In this document: positions 9,486 through 19,600 of the stretch, in pieces
How positions within the stretch are numbered: the stretch's first letter is position 1
How the letters are laid out: every line of letters begins with the position of its first letter
IMG/VR virus record: IMGVR_UViG_3300025012_000043
Span: 1-64,000 of that record
DNA from: a virus
Length of the DNA: 64,000 nt
Reading direction: 5' to 3' (one strand)
Notes under the pieces: model-generated
Databases searched by the model: none
What the model was told of the DNA's origin: nothing
The model's input: the letters and a program-made list of their open reading frames with translations, nothing else
Program-made: the position numbers and the translations under genes

Positions 9486-10079
9486 TTAATAGTATTCCAA
9501 AGTAGAAAATATCCCAAAATTTGTTTTTTCTCCTACACTTAACGGCGAACATGATATAGCCACATACCAATAATGATCAGTGCTTGCGGTTTTATCACCC
9601 AAATCCAACCTTTGTCCTGGATTATCTCCACCAGTTGTACTGCCATTATTAATCGATGTCCAAGTAGTGGCACTAACTCCTTGTTCAAATGCATACACTT
9701 GAATGTCTGTTGCGAAAGTAGTGATAGTCGTCCCGTCGTATATTCCTATCCTTCCATTTTGCACGGCTATAGATTGCGCCCCACCAGATAAATAAACTCG
9801 AACAGTACACTCAGTAGCAATTAAATTTGTATCATTTAGTGTTTCTGTGCCACTTCCACTATCAAACTGCCCACCAGCAATATATTTAACATTCCTATTA
9901 TGATTAGTAGTGCATGCATCACCACCAGCCCCAGAAATATGTGTGGACGATTGATAGGAATCTACTGCTACCCTATCACCATATGCAGCACCATAGAACC
10001 CAATAAGTTGCCCCACAGATTGCAGCGAGGTCCACGAAGGTGATGTTCCAAAATAGCCCTGAAAAACTAAATTAGCCAA
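9486..10079 (-). CDS. Putative virion structural protein (beta-rich)
   Basis: AGGAGG RBS with TTG start; G/T/S-rich composition typical of structural proteins. Confidence 0.55.
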   Translation of the reverse strand: MANLVFQGYFGTSPSWTSLQSVGQLIGFYGAAYGDRVAVDSYQSSTHISGAGGDACTTNHNRNVKYIAGGQFDSGSGTETLNDTNLIATECTVRVYLSGGAQSIAVQNGRIGIYDGTTITTFATDIQVYAFEQGVSATTWTSINNGSTTGGDNPGQRLDLGDKTASTDHYWYVAISCSPLSVGEKTNFGIFSTLEYY

Positions 10080-10094
10080 TCAACCCTCCTATCA

Positions 10095-10664
10095 TTAATA
10101 CTCAATACCAACCAATATTGCACCATTCAAACGTCCTCCGTCCTTCTCAATTCCCACCCTACCTTGAGCACCCCAGGTTATCGTTCCCGTTCGTAATAGT
10201 TTTGCCCTAATTTGTCCTTCAATCTGATTAAGTCCAATAACCCCATAATAAATACCACCATGTATTTCTCTATCAAAGCCCCAAAAAGGAGTTGACTCCT
10301 GTCTATATTCCAAACCACCTCTTAAAACATTATCCTGCCCTGGTTTAAGTGTTGCAAATACTGTTGTATTCCCAGAGTGTTTGGGAACTTGGCCAAAAGC
10401 AATGGTATTATCTGGTGCATCTGGTATCTTTGAAGCAGTCGCCAATTGTTCTTTTGGGAAAAATTCTATTACTGCTCCAGTTGGAACTAAATACGGCACT
10501 GGCGTAACTTTGTCTTTCCATTTGGGTTCGTAAACGGTTTGCACCGATGTTGGCCCAGGGATGTAAATTGGAGGCGCAGTAGGCGTCAACCAAATGTACA
10601 AACCAAATGCAACAATCCCAATAAACAATAAAATATATGGGATTAAAACATTTACTTTTGGCAT
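10095..10664 (-). CDS. Membrane-anchored protein (N-terminal TM helix, C-terminal beta-strands)
   Basis: LIPYILLFIGIVAFGLYIWL TM segment, Pro-rich linker, C-terminal GAILVGIEY. Confidence 0.6.
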   Translation of the reverse strand: MPKVNVLIPYILLFIGIVAFGLYIWLTPTAPPIYIPGPTSVQTVYEPKWKDKVTPVPYLVPTGAVIEFFPKEQLATASKIPDAPDNTIAFGQVPKHSGNTTVFATLKPGQDNVLRGGLEYRQESTPFWGFDREIHGGIYYGVIGLNQIEGQIRAKLLRTGTITWGAQGRVGIEKDGGRLNGAILVGIEY

Positions 10665-11200
10665 TATAAATCTCCACTTAAATATATTATTGCAAGTTTA
10701 TTAAATTTCTCGTCTTCTATAATACCAAGTTTAGTATTACAACGAGTACACAATAACCCTCTAATTTTCCCAGTAATATGATTATGATCTACGTGAAATC
10801 TACCAATTCCACCTAGTTTATCAGTGCCACAAATAGCGCAAACATACTCTTGATCCTTTAACATGGTATCATACTCCTCTAAAGTAATACCATAAGTGCG
10901 TTTTAGGTGGGCTTTCCTCGCAGATAACTTGCCTTTAGGGGTTATATTATATTTTCTCTTCCCTTTTCTCTTTATCTCCTTGCCTTCTGGTGTGTCTCTA
11001 TATTTCTTATTACTTTTTCTATTTGTCTCCTTACCCTTTGGTGTAGTCTTATACTTTTTAACTGCTATATTATTACAAGTTTTACACCAAGAAGTTAGTC
11101 CGCTCTTGTTGTAGTTATTTTTATTGAATTCTGCCTTGGGTTTTTTCACTCCACATTTAGTACAGAGTTTCATAAGGACAGCCTTTGTGGGTAAAGTCAT
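10664..11200 (-). CDS. Endonuclease VII-like homing endonuclease with N-terminal Zn finger and 17-aa repeats
   Basis: YGITLEEY..ML..Q...CAIC...VDHNH.TGKIRGLLC..CN..LG. Confidence 0.88.
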   Translation of the reverse strand: MTLPTKAVLMKLCTKCGVKKPKAEFNKNNYNKSGLTSWCKTCNNIAVKKYKTTPKGKETNRKSNKKYRDTPEGKEIKRKGKRKYNITPKGKLSARKAHLKRTYGITLEEYDTMLKDQEYVCAICGTDKLGGIGRFHVDHNHITGKIRGLLCTRCNTKLGIIEDEKFNKLAIIYLSGDL

Positions 11201-11493
11201 TGTTTATTCCCTGTTTCTTTGGGTTGATTATTAGTCCCAACATTAATTTTCATATTATGCACAGCAAAATAAAGAGCACTTGCTGCACCCGTAATTGCTA
11301 GTGCATCTCCCGATGTAAATATTATGGCCCAATATATACCAATCTTTGGTATTGTAAGGATACACCCCTGAAAAATATACTTAAATAAAGCAATGCCCCA
11401 TGCACACACAAGAATCGTTGACGTTTTAGAGAACATACCATTCTTAGTAAAGAGCCGATTACTACGTACGATATCCTTTTGAATTACATCCAT
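11197..11493 (-). CDS. Small membrane protein (holin-like candidate)
   Basis: Two or three hydrophobic segments in 98 aa. Confidence 0.45.
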   Translation of the reverse strand: MDVIQKDIVRSNRLFTKNGMFSKTSTILVCAWGIALFKYIFQGCILTIPKIGIYWAIIFTSGDALAITGAASALYFAVHNMKINVGTNNQPKETGNKQ

Positions 11494-11498
11494 AAGTA

Positions 11499-11651
11499 TT
11501 AACCTTTCTTAAACTTTGCTATTACGCCAACAATTGTAGTTTTAATCTGTAATGCTACTTCTGGAACAAACCTATTCAATAACCAATACCCGCCACCAAA
11601 TATAACCACCACACCTACAATAAACTGAAGTATGTTTAAAAATATATCCAT
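11499..11651 (-). CDS. Small 50-aa membrane protein (not in ORF track)
   Basis: MDIFLNILQFIVGVVVIFGGGYWLLNRFVPEVALQIKTTIVGVIAKFKKG*; GGAGGG RBS; fills the gap between neighbouring genes. Confidence 0.65.
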   Translation of the reverse strand: MDIFLNILQFIVGVVVIFGGGYWLLNRFVPEVALQIKTTIVGVIAKFKKG

Positions 11652-11661
11652 AATCCCTCCC

Positions 11662-12018
11662 CTAAAGATCAATTTTACGTTTTATTATTAAATAAAGCAT
11701 TATAAACCCAATACTATAAACCCCAGTCCACAATATCTGCACCCATAAATAATGGCTATTTAATTCACAAAATATACACATCTGTACAAACCATGCAATC
11801 GCATTAGCGCCCAATATAACACTAGTTGTTACCATTGATGATAATAACATAACCATCGCGAAAGCAATATTAGACGGATGGCTCCTAAAAACTTTATAAT
11901 ATCCACGTACCAATATAACTCCAACCCATATAACCATTACATGAACTAGCATACTAAATATCTGGGCAAATGAAGCCACAGTAAAAGGATATGCTAATAT
12001 ACTATTCATAAAAATCAT
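11662..12018 (-). CDS. Multi-pass membrane protein
   Basis: Three hydrophobic helices, basic C-terminus. Confidence 0.55.
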   Translation of the reverse strand: MIFMNSILAYPFTVASFAQIFSMLVHVMVIWVGVILVRGYYKVFRSHPSNIAFAMVMLLSSMVTTSVILGANAIAWFVQMCIFCELNSHYLWVQILWTGVYSIGFIMLYLIIKRKIDL

Positions 12019-12044
12019 CCATTAATACCATATTGACACCTCGA

Positions 12045-12416
12045 TTATTTAAGATCATTAACTTTATCCTCTAACCGTTGATGATCAGTTTTTGCATTTG
12101 TATCTACCCTTTCTACTTTATCCACAATGTATCGATGATCAGCAATATTGGCATCTTTTAATTCTCTCATGCTCTGCGTAACTTCACGAACAACCTCTGT
12201 ATTTGAACTAACCACCCTACTAACCTGTGCCGTAATTTCAATGACCTTATCAGTCATCTGATTTAAGCGTTCTTCTCTTGCAACATCTTTTATTGTTTGT
12301 TTATTTTTGTCTATATAAAAAATGTACACCAAAAAACCAATCCCTATCAATACCAGCCCAACCAAACCATATTGTATGATTATTATTCGTATAGTTTCCC
12401 ACATACCCACTCTCAC
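12045..12416 (-). CDS. TM + coiled-coil protein, BhlA/UviB-like holin candidate
   Basis: QYGLVGLVLIGIGFLVYIFY followed by REERL and a coiled coil. Confidence 0.5.
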   Translation of the reverse strand: MRVGMWETIRIIIIQYGLVGLVLIGIGFLVYIFYIDKNKQTIKDVAREERLNQMTDKVIEITAQVSRVVSSNTEVVREVTQSMRELKDANIADHRYIVDKVERVDTNAKTDHQRLEDKVNDLK

Positions 12417-12784
12417 ATATAAAGGTTATTTATAAGATGTGTCGTAGAAACTCCTGGCGTACGAGGTAATCGTATTTCATTTGACCATACCTCTGGACGC
12501 ATCTTATTTTGATCTTCTCCCTTAATCCATATATCTGCAATCTGCAAATATGGAGTCATATCCATAGTATCAATAACAATAACTTTATCAACTAAAGAAG
12601 TAATCGCTTCTATACGCTTTACAATCGAATCAATTGGACGCCCAGTGCCCTTTTGCACCATCACCCAATAATCTGTCATCACACCAACAATAAGATAATC
12701 ACACAATCCTTTGGCCCGCTCAAGGAAAATGCGATGCCCTTCATGAAAAAGATCCCACACTCCAACAGTAAAACCAATTTCCAC
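12413..12784 (-). CDS. Cytidylyltransferase (glycerol-3-phosphate cytidylyltransferase TagD-like)
   Basis: GVWDLFHEGH (HxGH), LIVGV.TD, RTPGVSTT signature. Confidence 0.9.
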   Translation of the reverse strand: MEIGFTVGVWDLFHEGHRIFLERAKGLCDYLIVGVMTDYWVMVQKGTGRPIDSIVKRIEAITSLVDKVIVIDTMDMTPYLQIADIWIKGEDQNKMRPEVWSNEIRLPRTPGVSTTHLINNLYM

Positions 12785-13299
12785 TATGACCTTACCATAT
12801 TATTTGCTTGTTCCCACCACCAACTTACTTTCGCTTTAGACACCTGCCAATCACCATATCTAACAGTTAAATATTCTTCAATAGGAAATGGTATACGTAA
12901 CTCAATATCTCTAATCGTAATCATCTTAGCATTATCTATAAGATGTGCTGGAACTAATAACCTACCATATGGGTTTATATTTACTAAATTATCAACCTCA
13001 CGATGATAAAAATAAATGTCAAAAATAATGTCATTTTTAATCAAGGCAAGTTGTGAAGGTATCCCAGATATTAATTGTTTTACATGAAACCTAAACCCAG
13101 CATTCATATATCTTTTCTCAATCTCTTCAATACCAATACCTTCAACTTCTACGTCAATATCTGTATCCTTAAATAAAAATTCATCATCTAGTCCATTCCT
13201 ATGGATACCAAGTGCTGTACCAGCAGAAACCCACCAATTTGTCCCATCTAATAATTGTACTCCCTCTTGTAATGTCTTGAGCGCCATTACCGGGTCCAT
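12784..13299 (-). CDS. LicD/fukutin-family nucleotidyltransferase-fold phosphotransferase
   Basis: AGTALG.HR......DTDIDV, FDIYFY, IPFPIEEYL..RYGDW. Confidence 0.82.
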   Translation of the reverse strand: MDPVMALKTLQEGVQLLDGTNWWVSAGTALGIHRNGLDDEFLFKDTDIDVEVEGIGIEEIEKRYMNAGFRFHVKQLISGIPSQLALIKNDIIFDIYFYHREVDNLVNINPYGRLLVPAHLIDNAKMITIRDIELRIPFPIEEYLTVRYGDWQVSKAKVSWWWEQANNMVRS

Positions 13300-13308
13300 T
13301 TAATGTCC

Positions 13309-13590
13309 TTATTTGTAAATTACATAAGAAAGCTTAAGAGCCGTACCACCACCAGCTATGGCATATATTTCACTAAGATCCCCATGAGCATGCCATTCAA
13401 CCATATCACCAGGCTGCAACCCAAAACCATTAGTACCATCAGTTGCAACATCACTCTTACCTAGATAAATAGTATTCGTCCCATCTAGGTTATGGAAAAC
13501 AGCCTCTATAAATGGATCGGGAGTAGCACTTAAAACATCTGCAGCGGTAATACCAATACTTACCGTATTAACCTTAAAATCATACGCCAT
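13309..13590 (-). CDS. Small beta-rich protein, possible capsid decoration protein
   Basis: GGAGG RBS; N..TNTIYLG..V....GF.L.PG......YAI pattern; first gene after the major capsid gene. Confidence 0.5.
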   Translation of the reverse strand: MAYDFKVNTVSIGITAADVLSATPDPFIEAVFHNLDGTNTIYLGKSDVATDGTNGFGLQPGDMVEWHAHGDLSEIYAIAGGGTALKLSYVIYK

Positions 13591-13656
13591 CGTGGGCCTC
13601 CAATAACACCATTACTTATTGTATGATATACAAATAATATGCATTAAACTCAATAC

Positions 13657-13698
13657 TATTGAGGGTAGGTAGGATATTAACCCCACCTACCCTCAATA
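13657..13698 (-). terminator. Stem-loop after the major capsid gene (terminator or mRNA-stabilising hairpin)
   Basis: Perfect 14-bp inverted repeat TATTGAGGGTAGGT / ACCTACCCTCAATA, extendable to 18 bp with G-U pairs on the minus-strand RNA; weak U tract. Confidence 0.7.
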
Positions 13699-13717
13699 AC
13701 TAATTACATTTTACTAT

Positions 13718-14740
13718 CTAATTGATTGAATCGTATCCACAGTACCAGGTCCTGTAATCAGTGAGGCCCTTTCCCCAAACAATCCGGACCTTGTACCGAA
13801 TTTGGTCACGTTCAAATGCTGTACCAAGATTCCCATCCTGTACAAAAAGATCTGGTTCCTTCTTGCCATTGAGGAAACCAACCTCAATAGTATCATACTG
13901 TGCAGGATCTGCAACTAAATACCACTCACTAGCGTTAAGCCAGGGCACAAACAGTGGCTGCAACTTCCCTGCGAAAAAGTTACGAGAAGTTGGCTGTACT
14001 GCCTGAGTTGTACCAGTGAGTGTGTCTACCGCCACACCGGTAGTTGGTAGAACTCCAGGATTCAACAGCTTCCATACCTTGATCTCTTGCTGTGGGGAAC
14101 ACACAAGAAACTTGGGTACGATGCGGATTGGGTATCCCTTAAGGTCGGTCTGTCCAATCATCGCATTATAAGCAGTCTGAAGTGCTGCTTCTGAAAGTGC
14201 GACGTTCATGGTAGCTGGAGCATTGGCGTGGCTGGCATTACTAAAAAGGGCCACACCATCATAAATGGTAGGATTACCACGGATGAAATTCCAGATATCA
14301 TAGTCAATTGTACGTGCAGCTGCACGTCCAAAACGCTGTGGCTGTTTCTTGATCTCAGCCATATCATCATTAATCAGTGCTTCCCAAGACACACCAAACA
14401 TGCGGCCAAACTTTTTAGGCGCGTACCGGACTTTCTCGTCTTGCAGCGAGGAATCCTTATATTCCCCGTGCTCTCCAACCTCTAGGAGGTTATCAGATTC
14501 TGAGAAACGAGTCCGTGTCTGCTCTTTGAAATCCTTCAGATTACTAGTTTCACTAACAACATTAGTCCATGTTGAAGGATATTCCGTATAACTCTTTAAC
14601 ATCACCTTGTAAAGCGTATTAGCCATGATAGCCGGAAAATCTGTGGTAGACGCGGCTTCCTGAAGTAACCGCGAATACATCCCACTATCAAGCTCTGCCT
14701 GAGCAGCCTCTTGCAAACTTTTAATTACGTGGACACCCAT
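13718..14740 (-). CDS. Major capsid protein (HK97 fold, Mu gpT-like)
   Basis: STTDFP, DFK, L..VGEHGEY, KFGRMFGVSWEALINDD, GRAAART, DG.ALF...H.N, PKFLV, WYL.ADP, EVGFLNG..EP; AAGGAGGG RBS. Confidence 0.92.
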   Translation of the reverse strand: MGVHVIKSLQEAAQAELDSGMYSRLLQEAASTTDFPAIMANTLYKVMLKSYTEYPSTWTNVVSETSNLKDFKEQTRTRFSESDNLLEVGEHGEYKDSSLQDEKVRYAPKKFGRMFGVSWEALINDDMAEIKKQPQRFGRAAARTIDYDIWNFIRGNPTIYDGVALFSNASHANAPATMNVALSEAALQTAYNAMIGQTDLKGYPIRIVPKFLVCSPQQEIKVWKLLNPGVLPTTGVAVDTLTGTTQAVQPTSRNFFAGKLQPLFVPWLNASEWYLVADPAQYDTIEVGFLNGKKEPDLFVQDGNLGTAFERDQIRYKVRIVWGKGLTDYRTWYCGYDSIN

Positions 14741-14769
14741 CTATATTCCCTCCTTGTCTATTCTATTAC

Positions 14770-15270
14770 TTATGTTGCATCAGTAATATTGCTATTAGCA
14801 CGAGTTACAATCTTGCACTGAATATATGCAGTTCCTACGGTAGTTCCAAATCCCTTTGTAGAACCAAGTGCAACACATTTACCAATTCCTACATCACTAC
14901 CAGCAGCAGCACCACGATTATTAACTGTAGTACGTGCGCCTTCCTGTTCACCAGCCACTGCTGCAGTGGTGTTATCAACTGCCGCGATAAAAACATCATC
15001 ACCAAGAATAAAGGTGACACCACTTGCAACCGCAAACTCAAATACGCCCTGAGTCTGATAAACACAAGTAGTTGTAATGTAATTGGCCGCATCGGCAGTC
15101 GCAGAACAAGTGTTCATTGAAATCCCATCGATACCAGTAGCATTACCTGCTGGGGCTGCACCTACTCCACCAGCCGATAAATAAATTGGAGTACCAGTAT
15201 AAATCTTTGTAACACCACTCGCCACAGCAGCCTGTAGCGTAACACCATCTTGGACAAAATTCTGAGCCAT
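14770..15270 (-). CDS. DUF2190-like capsid cement/decoration protein
   Basis: MAQNFVQDG N-terminus, GVFEF, position between protease and capsid genes. Confidence 0.7.
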   Translation of the reverse strand: MAQNFVQDGVTLQAAVASGVTKIYTGTPIYLSAGGVGAAPAGNATGIDGISMNTCSATADAANYITTTCVYQTQGVFEFAVASGVTFILGDDVFIAAVDNTTAAVAGEQEGARTTVNNRGAAAGSDVGIGKCVALGSTKGFGTTVGTAYIQCKIVTRANSNITDAT

Positions 15271-15299
15271 CTTTTATTCCTCCTTAGTAAGATCCGTGA

Positions 15300-16541
15300 T
15301 TACTTTTTCTCTTCAAGAATTCCAAAAAGATTGTCGAGTTTGGTCTGCCGAATTTCCTTGGTTATCTTATTATTGCCATCACCAAGCCCTCGGACAGTAC
15401 CCTTTGGAGTAAGCTCTTCAGAAATCTCGGCAAACATAGTCTTAGATTCCTGTATGATTGCATCCATCTCATCTGGGTCTGATCCAATAAGAGAAGCCAG
15501 CAACCGTTTCTTCATTGTAGCAGGAAGCCCAGATTCCTGCAACTTCTTCTCTGCAACTGCCTTAGAAGTTACAGCGATAAGCTTCTCTTCAAGCTCTTCT
15601 ACTTTCTTGCCAAGATCCTCATTAGCTTCCTGTGCCTGAGTTGCAGCCTCTGCAAGTAGCTGGATCTGCTCATCACGCTCAGCAAGCACCTCTACAAACT
15701 CTCCCATATTAGCCTCCTCCAGCTTCTCAGTACCCTCAGGAACCTCTGCCTTAGCAACACTTTCAGTTACATTGGTATAAACTTCTGCAGTCTCACTCTC
15801 AACAAGATCAACAAACTCATCGATGAGTGACTTAGTATGTTCAGCCATTGCATCGATCGCCGCAGTTGCCTCAGCAAGAGCCTTCTCTCTAACACCATTA
15901 CTAATCTCTGCTACGATCTCTGGATTGGACTCCATTAACCCCTTTAGCGTAAGCTCTGTAGTCATCCCTTTCTCCTCCGTTACCTCTAAAATTGAAATAT
16001 CTGATTCATGAACGACTTGAATGTGCCCACCAGCTGACGCATCTGGAACAAAATCTACAGAATGCGGCTTTACAATGGCTTCTACAACATTTACTACATC
16101 ATCACCAATCTTCCCCATACGTGTTTTACCCATAGCATTAATGGATAGCCCAATTTCATTAAGCCAACCATTAGTATGGGCCTCATGTACCTTTTCCCAT
16201 AGGCCACTATCTCTAATCCCTATTTTTGCGCCGATCCCCTTCTCTTCAGGAATGTAATAGGATTCAAGAATGGTACCTACCCAATCCCTAAATGAACGGG
16301 CTGCTTTTCCCGTGGCTTCGGGAGATCCTGGTACAGGATGATCTACGTACATCTTCTTACCAATAAATAGTGGAGCCGCTGACTCTAAGCATTCTGGAGT
16401 GTAGTAATTCTTTCTTTTACTGAGTCCCGACTTAATTAATACCGCAGTGATAGTTTTCTTATCCACATCAACCTGAGGTGTGCCCTCAAATAACAGGATG
16501 TCCCCAACCATCTCCGTTTTTTGATCTACCTTTTTAGCCAA
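15300..16541 (-). CDS. Prohead protease / scaffold fusion
   Basis: G.S..KNYY, YVDHP, IGLSINA, SVDFV..ASAGG protease motifs followed by an acidic coiled-coil scaffold. Confidence 0.85.
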   Translation of the reverse strand: MAKKVDQKTEMVGDILLFEGTPQVDVDKKTITAVLIKSGLSKRKNYYTPECLESAAPLFIGKKMYVDHPVPGSPEATGKAARSFRDWVGTILESYYIPEEKGIGAKIGIRDSGLWEKVHEAHTNGWLNEIGLSINAMGKTRMGKIGDDVVNVVEAIVKPHSVDFVPDASAGGHIQVVHESDISILEVTEEKGMTTELTLKGLMESNPEIVAEISNGVREKALAEATAAIDAMAEHTKSLIDEFVDLVESETAEVYTNVTESVAKAEVPEGTEKLEEANMGEFVEVLAERDEQIQLLAEAATQAQEANEDLGKKVEELEEKLIAVTSKAVAEKKLQESGLPATMKKRLLASLIGSDPDEMDAIIQESKTMFAEISEELTPKGTVRGLGDGNNKITKEIRQTKLDNLFGILEEKK

Positions 16542-16609
16542 CGCAACACCTCCATAGAAATAAACCTGTCATATGAAAAATGATAAATTATATCTAATTG
16601 GACACAATA

Positions 16610-19600
16610 TTACACACCATACATTTGATGTGCAAGTAAACGTATCCTACTTAAAAATGCCTCACTATCTATCGTCTCACCAACAAACTGATTAATGGGC
16701 ACATGAACAAATTTATATTCACCATACGGGCTTAATATATCTTTAATATTCCCACGAACTGATGTGGCAATATCACTAACCTTATCTTCTCCGATCCGAC
16801 CTATCACCTTATCCCCAGGAGTTAATTCATTCTTCATATTAGCCAACACCTGTTTAATGGATCCTTCTATTTTATTAATAGCCTCAACATATTTCTCCCC
16901 ATATCCAGCTGGATTACCTTGCCCAACCTTAAGCACCCCAGTTTTAATTAACTCATCAATCTTTGATGGGAGTGAAAATGGGCTCATACCCTGCACACGC
17001 ATTAATGCATTTGATATCATCCCCCTATTTTTTAATGAAACATCCTTATCTTTAAGTGTAAATATATATTCATATATATTCTTATCTGGTGTAGCTGAGA
17101 CTTTTTTGATAACCGCCTGTCTTTTCTTAATATCGTCAAGCTTTTTAGATGACATTTTATCAAATGATATAGTAGGTGACGTTTCAACAACTCGGCCACC
17201 GATATTAACATCTATAGATACAAACCTAGATATATCAACCCTTGGGTCTGCCTTTTTCCACATGCCTATTAATTCTTCCTTGGTGGCATTATACATCATA
17301 CCATCAGGCCCAATAGTAATATTATTAATCTCTCTAGTTGGCCATCCACCAATGCCAACACGCATCCCCTGTGGGGTTATCTCAATTACACGAATAGCTT
17401 CTAAATCACTAGCAATACTAGTAGTGGAATCAATATAAAATTTCTTAACTACCGACTTAATTGTTGGATTATGCAATAAGTCTAATAATATAGTACGTTG
17501 GTTTTCTGGTAATCTTAATAATCTACCTTTAAATGCCTCATCAGTAAGTAATATTTTAGCCGAAGAACGCTGGGTACCCATTAATTTGCCGTAAATGTCT
17601 AGAACTTCTTTTTTGCCTAAGACATCCTTTTCAGTATCTCTAACAGTGGTATTAACTAAATCCTGTATTCTATATAATCCATCGTCAGCAAAACTAGTAG
17701 AATTAAATATACTATTACTAATATGATTCTTATTTCTCATAATAGGTCTCAGTCTAGCAGCAATGGCTTCATCTTCTGGTAAAGTAATAATGTCTTTGGC
17801 TAATTGTTGAAATATTTCAGTTCTATGAACAATTGACATATCGGCTAATGGTGCTACTCCCTCTACCCCAATATTAAACCATGGATCAATGGCCCTCATA
17901 AACTCACTCTGTAAAAAGCCACTATTTTCTTTTACTTTTTTATTGCGCATACCAATAGCCTTAGTATATGCTTCAGCGATAGCTGCTTCACTGGTATCTC
18001 CAGCTGCAACCTTACCCCATACCGCACGTTCTTCTTCAGCCATACCACTCAATTTAGTTATAAGTTTATTATTAATAAATTTGCCACCTAACATATTCCA
18101 CCAAAAACTAGCTTTATTAAATGTTTTAGTACTAGCTACTCTATTAATTAATGCCTGCAATGGCCCAGCCTCATTTGGATCAATCGGAATAAGTCCATTA
18201 ACTGATCTATTAAATGCTTCAGTGACTGAATTTTTAATGATACCACCAGGCCCAAACATCAGTCTCTTCCACGCAAGACTACTAATAGTTGTCATTGCTT
18301 TCTTTGGAGAATTCCATATATCAAATAAAGATGAATAAACCTCACTATTAGTAAACGTATTAAACATTAATTGTCTTACACTATTTGTTGCCATATCTTT
18401 CGCAAACACTTTGCCCACATTTTTACTAGCACTAACAATAAGTGCCTTTTTATCTATGGGTGCATCAACCCCAAATACACCTAGTGAATTAGCAAGATCA
18501 TGTTCATCACCAACCATCATTTGCCGGATATCAAATGGCTGCTTATTAAACCACATGATCCAATCTTCATCACTAATAGTTCCATCAGGCTTTATGGGCT
18601 TTATTAATTTACTAAGCCCATCACCAAACCCAGCAAAATCATCTGGCCCTATATCAAATTTTGCTCCAATGGGGACTCTTGGTTTGCGTGGTACTTGCTC
18701 TAATTCTTCTGCTGCAGAAGATATAGATTTAAACCATGGACGATATGTACATCTACAATTTGGATGTCTCGGCAATTGAGGACGTGGTTCTTCTGGTTTA
18801 TATAATATTCCATGGGTAGCCCTACAATATTTACATGTTCTTGAATCATTAATGGCTGTATATTCAAAATATCGAATCTGATCAGCATTATCAATATAAT
18901 TAGACATAGCCGACTGATTAAATGCCGTATACCCAGCATCACTAATCATCCCCTCAAGATCATCTGCAGCACGAGCATATGCCCCACGAACTTCATTAAC
19001 CGCTCCACCAACTGCCAAAGACGGCATGACGCCTTGTGCCATTTTTCTATTCATATCATTACCGGCCTTATTAACTCTACCAAGCAATCTATTTAAAACC
19101 GTATCGGCACGCTTGTCAAATATAGTATTCTGCCAATTGTCCCCTTCTCTTTCAATTTTATCCCACATAGCCATGAACTGTGGTCCAGTCATGTCCCATG
19201 GTAAAGGCTGTGCTACTGCGGCAATCTGATTCAATGAATCAGTGGTCGCCCTAGCACTTAATAAGTATGCCCCAGACGATGCCGCATTAACAATATTCTT
19301 AATCCCAGATAAAGTCCTTCTCGTCTCTTCACCAAATATCATCTCTGCAGTATTGGCTAAAGTGGTGCCTTGCTTAATCGCCGTATTAATAGCAAGTTTA
19401 CGCAATAATGACCCAATATCACCACGACCACCAAAATATTTAACAAATTTGGCCCCCTTTTTATAATAAGATTTGGCCGTGGCGGCATGCGTATATAGTT
19501 CTTTAATTGAATCTTCCGATACACCATTAAGTAAGCTACGCATGAACCCATTTATTGATCCTTGTACCTTATCTATGCGCACAACAGCTTCCTTGACTAT

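Noticed and set aside
10408-10677. Embedded o-spanin (Rz1-like) within 10095..10664
   Set aside because: No lipoprotein signal peptide or lipobox in the overlapping frame
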